IMG/VR virus record: IMGVR_UViG_3300006149_000009
Source of the DNA: an uncultured virus (IMG/VR IMGVR_UViG_3300006149_000009)
Lineage: Duplodnaviria; Heunggongvirae; Uroviricota; Caudoviricetes
DNA length: 20,000 bases
Strand: one strand, 5' to 3'
The notes under the pieces were generated by a model. It saw only the letters and a list, made by a program, of their open reading frames with translations, did not search any database and was not told the DNA's origin. The position numbers and the translations under genes are program-made. This document shows, one piece after another, positions 15,571 to 20,000 of this stretch. The first letter of the stretch is position 1. Each line of letters begins with the position of its first letter.

Positions 15571-18500
15571 TCACGTTTGAAACATCTTTGCGTAACTCGT
15601 CATGCGGAAATATTGCCCATCTATTTCATAGTTTTTACAATATATGATATCGCCTTTTTTCACCGGCTCTTTGTCATATACCCTGTTCAATACAGTAAAT
15701 CTGCTCTCTATTCCGCTTCCGATGGATTTTGTAACTACCGAAAAACCAAACTGCTTTTTATCTTTCTTACGTACAAGCACATACACATCAAGTACATATA
15801 GCTTCGGCCTGTCCTCCTCTTTGCCAGAAACATACCCCGCATATCCCATAACTTCTTCAAAATTCTGTACCTTGAGCAAAAGGCTTAAATCTTCCATATG
15901 CATAGCTTTTATAGCATCCTCTGTCTCACGTAGTATAGATTCGACATCCAACAGTGTATAACTTTTCGCTACACCTCCAGATTTCGTCATACCGACAGCA
16001 TACTTTGATACAATTGGCTCTAAAGCCGTCCCATCGACCTTTTCCTTATTGATTTTCTTCGCCTGCCCTTTCTTGAACATCCCGTAGAACAAGTCCGCAA
16101 TCCTTATCAGCTCCCTTTGGTTGCCAAATTCAGAGAAAAAGTCAATTTTAATGAGAATATCCAACTGCCTTGTGTTTAGTGAAGATTTTGTGTCAATAGC
16201 GGTAAGCACATCCACAAACCTGGTGTATTTTCCCTCGTGTGCTATACGGAATATCTCTTCTGCCACCCCTGAACTCATATATTTAATAGAAGAAATCCCT
16301 TTTGCTATGATATTCCTGTCCTTATCAAAGAAATATTCCCCTTTCGACACTCCCCACTTAGGCATTGTGACCTGGATGCCAATTTTATTAGCGTATGATG
16401 TTCCGCTCTTGATATCATCATCATTTGCGGCATTGTTTAGGAATGCTGTAATAAACTCCAGCGGAAAATAGTATCGGTAATATGCACAAAGATAACCCAA
16501 CAGGCAGTAAGCAATGCTATGATTATAGCCAAACTGATAGCTTGCACTATCTTCAATAATTTGTAAAAATTCTTTTGCTTCGCTTTCTGCAATCTCCCGC
16601 GGCTGAGGCGACTTATTACAATACCCTTCAAGGATAGACGGCATTGCCGCATCTAACCTATCTTTCTGCTTTCTTCCAATTGCCCGCCGGATATTATCAG
16701 CCTCGCTTCCAGACAGACCACAAATTTCCTGTAGGAATTTAATCGTGTCCTCCTGGTAAATCAGATAACCAAGGTTATCCTTCAGCAGCTCGTCGATTAT
16801 CGCAGATGGATTCTTATGCGGCTGTCTTGCCAATAACGCATCCCTATACGATGTCCCGGAAGGCCTGATACACGCTGTAACAATGGACATATCAAATATG
16901 CTCTTCGGCGCAAACCGCTTTAAACACTCAAACGCAAAAACCCCTTCAAACTGAAATATGCCAGATGGGTTCCGAACCATGCTTTCCCACACCCTTTTGT
17001 CGCACCAGTCTACCTCATGTGTCTTTGGATATGGCTTGCCCAGATAACGGCATGTGTCCCGGATTACCTGTACTGTCTTTAATATAAGGAAGTCATACTT
17101 CGCAAGCCCAGTATAATCATGGACATTTTCCATATCCAGCATCAGGCAAATCTCACCGTCCTTCTCAAATACCCCGAAGTTATCATTTAGTGTAATAGGG
17201 CTGATTACCATGCCTGCTGGATGTACGGATTGAGAAATCTTTGTCCCTAGAAGCCCGTCAAAGTAATAGAAAAGTTCCGGGTACTTCTGTTTTGTCTTGT
17301 CAGGGTCAGCTGCATACTCATCTTTAATCCTGGCGATATCCTTTAACGACCAGGGGTTATTTGGGACTTCTTTATCAAAGTATCTCCCTTCATGGGTATC
17401 CCATACTTTTTCGCCATTATAGTGCTCTGCGTTCCATTTCTTTGCCAGATACCGCCCCACTTCATCAATAACACCTTTATCCTGCAGCGTCCCAAACGAT
17501 GCTACGCGGGCTGTCCTATCCCGTCCAAACCGCTTGACGATATGTTCAAAAATCGCAGGCCGGTCAGACTCAACGCAATCAATATCAATATCCCCAATCT
17601 CTATACGGTCTTCATTACAAAACCGCGAGAATACCGTGTTCCATGTTTCAGGGTTTAGGTCGATAATATCCATTACATATGCTACCCTTGAGCCGCCAAC
17701 CGAGCCTCTGGCCGTCCCGATTGCCATTCCCTGCTCCTTGCACCACGAAATCAGTTCAGACATGGAAAGCATGAAACCATCCATCTCCAGTTTCCTGAAT
17801 ACACGCATCTCTTCTTCTATTGCCGTCCTGAACGCTGCCTCCTGACTTCTCGGAATAATTCCGGCCTCAAGCTTTTCGTCCAGTTTCCGATGCGCCGTTT
17901 CTGTAAATATCTTTGAATCCGCCTTCCTTGTTCCATACAGAATCGGATATTTGATAGAAGTATCAAGTTCGATATCTTCCGTCATATCATATAAAAGACG
18001 CGTATTGGAAATCGCCTGCATGTATTCATCTTCTGGCAAAGCGTTCTGTGCCCTAAACATCTCCACAAGCTCATCATACGTTTTATAGCTCAAGTCAAAG
18101 GCATCCTCATCCCCATACGACTTACCTTTTGCAGATATCAGCACCGAGCGGCATTCTGCCTTATACTTTGATGAGCTATGCGTGTCTGTGCCAGCTATTA
18201 ATGGCGTCCCAATATCTCGTGAAAGTTTCAGAAGCCGCCTGTTAAACGCAACCTGGTCTGGATGGTTATGTGGTTGTATTTCGAAAAAATCATACTTTCT
18301 TGCCAATTCCATATATCTTGGATGGTCTTCCGGCAGCTTATTCAGCGGTGATGCAAGACAGGCACTTGTCGATATGATGTTATCTGAAATGCCCAGAAAT
18401 TCATCAAACGTAATCCTATTGGTATAATAAGAATGCTCCTTATTACACGACAGGCTGACCAGCTTATTCAGTTCCATTACACCTTCCATATTCCTTGCCA

Positions 18501-18771
18501 TCAGCACCGTATGGTAGTTGTCACGTACTTTTGGTTCCAGCGATTCCGTTAAATAAATCTCTACCGAATGGATGTACCTTAACCCCGCCGCCTTACATGC
18601 CCCCCACTTTTCCGTCCAGTCCAACGGCTTCCCATGCTCAGATATGGATAACGTCTTCTGGCCATTTGCTACTGCTAACTCAATATAATCCTGGTACTTT
18701 GTACAGCTATCAAGCAGGCTCAATTCTGTATGGCAATGATACATTTCATACCACCTGCTATTTGAATCCAC
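15571..18771 (-). CDS. dnaE: DNA polymerase III alpha subunit (phage-type family C polymerase)
   Basis: PHP domain YHCHT...SLLDS, SEHG, TDTH; RGSVGGS; FSRF; catalytic DIDID; HPAG; KYDFL; GIFQFE; IRP; IYQE; AD..RRAIG. Start set at the GTG at 18771 after a GGAGGTG RBS. Confidence 0.95.
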   Translation of the reverse strand: MDSNSRWYEMYHCHTELSLLDSCTKYQDYIELAVANGQKTLSISEHGKPLDWTEKWGACKAAGLRYIHSVEIYLTESLEPKVRDNYHTVLMARNMEGVMELNKLVSLSCNKEHSYYTNRITFDEFLGISDNIISTSACLASPLNKLPEDHPRYMELARKYDFFEIQPHNHPDQVAFNRRLLKLSRDIGTPLIAGTDTHSSSKYKAECRSVLISAKGKSYGDEDAFDLSYKTYDELVEMFRAQNALPEDEYMQAISNTRLLYDMTEDIELDTSIKYPILYGTRKADSKIFTETAHRKLDEKLEAGIIPRSQEAAFRTAIEEEMRVFRKLEMDGFMLSMSELISWCKEQGMAIGTARGSVGGSRVAYVMDIIDLNPETWNTVFSRFCNEDRIEIGDIDIDCVESDRPAIFEHIVKRFGRDRTARVASFGTLQDKGVIDEVGRYLAKKWNAEHYNGEKVWDTHEGRYFDKEVPNNPWSLKDIARIKDEYAADPDKTKQKYPELFYYFDGLLGTKISQSVHPAGMVISPITLNDNFGVFEKDGEICLMLDMENVHDYTGLAKYDFLILKTVQVIRDTCRYLGKPYPKTHEVDWCDKRVWESMVRNPSGIFQFEGVFAFECLKRFAPKSIFDMSIVTACIRPSGTSYRDALLARQPHKNPSAIIDELLKDNLGYLIYQEDTIKFLQEICGLSGSEADNIRRAIGRKQKDRLDAAMPSILEGYCNKSPQPREIAESEAKEFLQIIEDSASYQFGYNHSIAYCLLGYLCAYYRYYFPLEFITAFLNNAANDDDIKSGTSYANKIGIQVTMPKWGVSKGEYFFDKDRNIIAKGISSIKYMSSGVAEEIFRIAHEGKYTRFVDVLTAIDTKSSLNTRQLDILIKIDFFSEFGNQRELIRIADLFYGMFKKGQAKKINKEKVDGTALEPIVSKYAVGMTKSGGVAKSYTLLDVESILRETEDAIKAMHMEDLSLLLKVQNFEEVMGYAGYVSGKEEDRPKLYVLDVYVLVRKKDKKQFGFSVVTKSIGSGIESRFTVLNRVYDKEPVKKGDIIYCKNYEIDGQYFRMTSYAKMFQT

Positions 18772-18836
18772 CGCATCACCTCCCGCTATTTTTATCCCCT
18801 GATTTGATTGGGCGTAAATCCGTAAAACTTCCACAC

Positions 18837-18862
18837 AAGGTATTGCAAATTTGCAACACCTT
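18837..18862. promoter_or_regulatory. 26-bp near-perfect palindrome between the primase gene and dnaE
   Basis: AAGGTaTTGCAAA|TTTGCAAcACCTT, with 12 of 13 pairs matching and no loop. Confidence 0.6.
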
Positions 18863-18878
18863 TGCAAAACGCTAAATC

Positions 18879-19859
18879 TTATCTATATCTCAGCCTCTGC
18901 CTGTAAAGTGTCTCAAATACATTCAACCCTTTATCAACTGGCGCATCTTTTTCATACAACAGATTATCCTTATCCCAAAGATACTCAACATTGACGTATT
19001 GCTTCAGCCGTCTGATATTATGGTCTTTTCTTATCTGAACGTCCTTATCAAGCGCAAATACCACCCTCACGCCAAGCCTCGCAAGCACCTTCATCTGTGC
19101 TGGATTTAAGTGCGATGTCAACAATGCCCCGGTATTTCGGATTCCCCATGAGTACGCCAGCAATACTGATTTGCATCCTTCGAACAGGATAACTTCATGT
19201 TTTGCCAGTATTTCTTCCATATTCTCGAACAGTCCGTATATTACATCCATTTCCCCCCATGAAGAAAAGTACGTGTATTTGCGCAGGTCTTTTTCTTTCC
19301 ATCCCGGGTCGAGCGTCCTGCCGCCGATGTTTACCATCTGCCCTTCCATATTATAGATAGGATATACCAAGCGGTTCGAAAACCCATCGTAGTACACTTG
19401 GAACCTATCGAGGGCTTCCTTTGAAATCCCCTCAGATTCCCAAACCGCAAGCTTCTCTCTGCGTTTTTCGTATCTCTCCATATAATTATCCGGAAATGCT
19501 TTTGCTTTGGATGCTTTTCTTCCTGACTTTTTATGCAAATACTTCCTACAAGCCGCCGTCGCCGCCATTTTCTGGCTTGGACGTATCTCCCCGTCATATC
19601 CCGCATACTCTTTCAGGATGTCTACAGCCTTTTTCGCACTGCATTTGTTGTAGAACTTCACGAACGTAAACACATTCCCGCCAATGCCGCTGGAGAAACA
19701 ATAGAAACTCTTCGTTTCCCCCCGCACAGAGAACGACGGCGTTTTTTCTGATGAGAAAGGGCTTAACCCCCAATGCTCACCGTTTTTCTCTTCAAGCTCC
19801 ACAAATTGGGATATATATTCAACAATATCTATGCAATTTATTAACTCTTCAAGTTCCAC
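18879..19859 (-). CDS. dnaG: DnaG-type DNA primase (CHC2-like N-terminal domain + TOPRIM)
   Basis: DIVEYI, PF..EKTPSFSV, YCFSSG.GGNVF, RLVYPI, GGR, KY; TOPRIM FEG and ALDKD...KD. Confidence 0.9.
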   Translation of the reverse strand: MELEELINCIDIVEYISQFVELEEKNGEHWGLSPFSSEKTPSFSVRGETKSFYCFSSGIGGNVFTFVKFYNKCSAKKAVDILKEYAGYDGEIRPSQKMAATAACRKYLHKKSGRKASKAKAFPDNYMERYEKRREKLAVWESEGISKEALDRFQVYYDGFSNRLVYPIYNMEGQMVNIGGRTLDPGWKEKDLRKYTYFSSWGEMDVIYGLFENMEEILAKHEVILFEGCKSVLLAYSWGIRNTGALLTSHLNPAQMKVLARLGVRVVFALDKDVQIRKDHNIRRLKQYVNVEYLWDKDNLLYEKDAPVDKGLNVFETLYRQRLRYR

Positions 19860-19880
19860 CGCCGCTTCCCCCTTTTTGCT

Positions 19881-19897
19881 AATTATTTAATTATCTT
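19881..19897 (-). repeat. 17-bp intergenic motif, copy 2
   Basis: Exact match to 15550-15566. Lies upstream of the primase RBS. Confidence 0.85.
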
Positions 19898-19903
19898 GAC
19901 TGG

Positions 19904-19999
19904 CTAATATGGAACATTAGGAATATGTTGCTTTGCCTGTTCGTATGATATCAGGTTCCCGTTAAACTGCAGGTCTATGTACTCACCCGCTGCGTGCTG
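19904..19999 (-). CDS. C-terminal fragment of the upstream gene, probably a DnaB-like replicative helicase; truncated by the window edge
   Basis: Open frame QHAAGEYIDLQFNGNLISYEQAKQHIPNVPY*. The helicase call rests on its position before the primase gene and a loose similarity to DnaB C-termini. Confidence 0.5.
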   Translation of the reverse strand, partial: QHAAGEYIDLQFNGNLISYEQAKQHIPNVPY

Positions 20000-20000
20000 C

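Noticed and set aside
15571..18771. Possible intein or intron in DnaE (also checked in NrdD)
   Set aside because: The frames are continuous and of normal length, with no splice or homing-endonuclease motifs. Only short loop insertions are visible.
18772..18867. N-terminal extension of DnaE in the ORF track (likewise the extensions of nrdG, the ClpP-like gene, the 5661 start and the 1642 start)
   Set aside because: Downstream starts have proper RBSs or match the family N-terminus; the extensions overlap other genes or regulatory DNA.
10295..19751. Short ORFs overlapping the replication and nucleotide metabolism genes
   Set aside because: They are shadow or alternate-frame ORFs within well-conserved genes, with no independent support.
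1..20000. CRISPR array, tRNA/rRNA genes, IS elements, reverse transcriptase or DGR repeats
   Set aside because: I saw no regularly spaced repeats, cloverleaf, transposase or RT motifs by eye. A covariance-model search was not possible.

Overview
The window looks like part of a large temperate phage or prophage-like element of an anaerobic Firmicute (Clostridia/Lachnospiraceae-like, by inference). It has three blocks. (1) 1-2100, mostly + strand: the probable 3' end of an endolysin, a small RHH regulator gene missed by the ORF track, a Panacea (SocA/GepA) antitoxin plus putative toxin under a near-consensus sigma-A promoter, and a small acidic protein. (2) 2107-9700, - strand: an integration/cargo cassette with two tandem AAA-ATPase/PD-(D/E)XK nuclease paralogs, a large serine recombinase, two AT-rich cargo genes, and an unannotated 51-aa ORF preceded by a sigma-E/K-like promoter. 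(3) 9727-20000, - strand: a phage replication and nucleotide metabolism module (probable helicase end, primase, DnaE, ThyX, dATP/dGTP diphosphohydrolase, ClpP-like, PhoH, 5'-deoxyribonucleotidase, NrdD, NrdG). The main findings are a ~50-bp dyad centred on a dinucleotide inside the 3' end of the recombinase gene (apparent intact attP), a candidate sporulation-controlled directionality factor, and an exact 17-bp motif upstream of both thyX and the primase gene. Together the first two suggest a sporulation-gene-intervening (skin/SPbeta-like) phage seen in unintegrated form. Family assignments come from motif recognition only; no searches were run.
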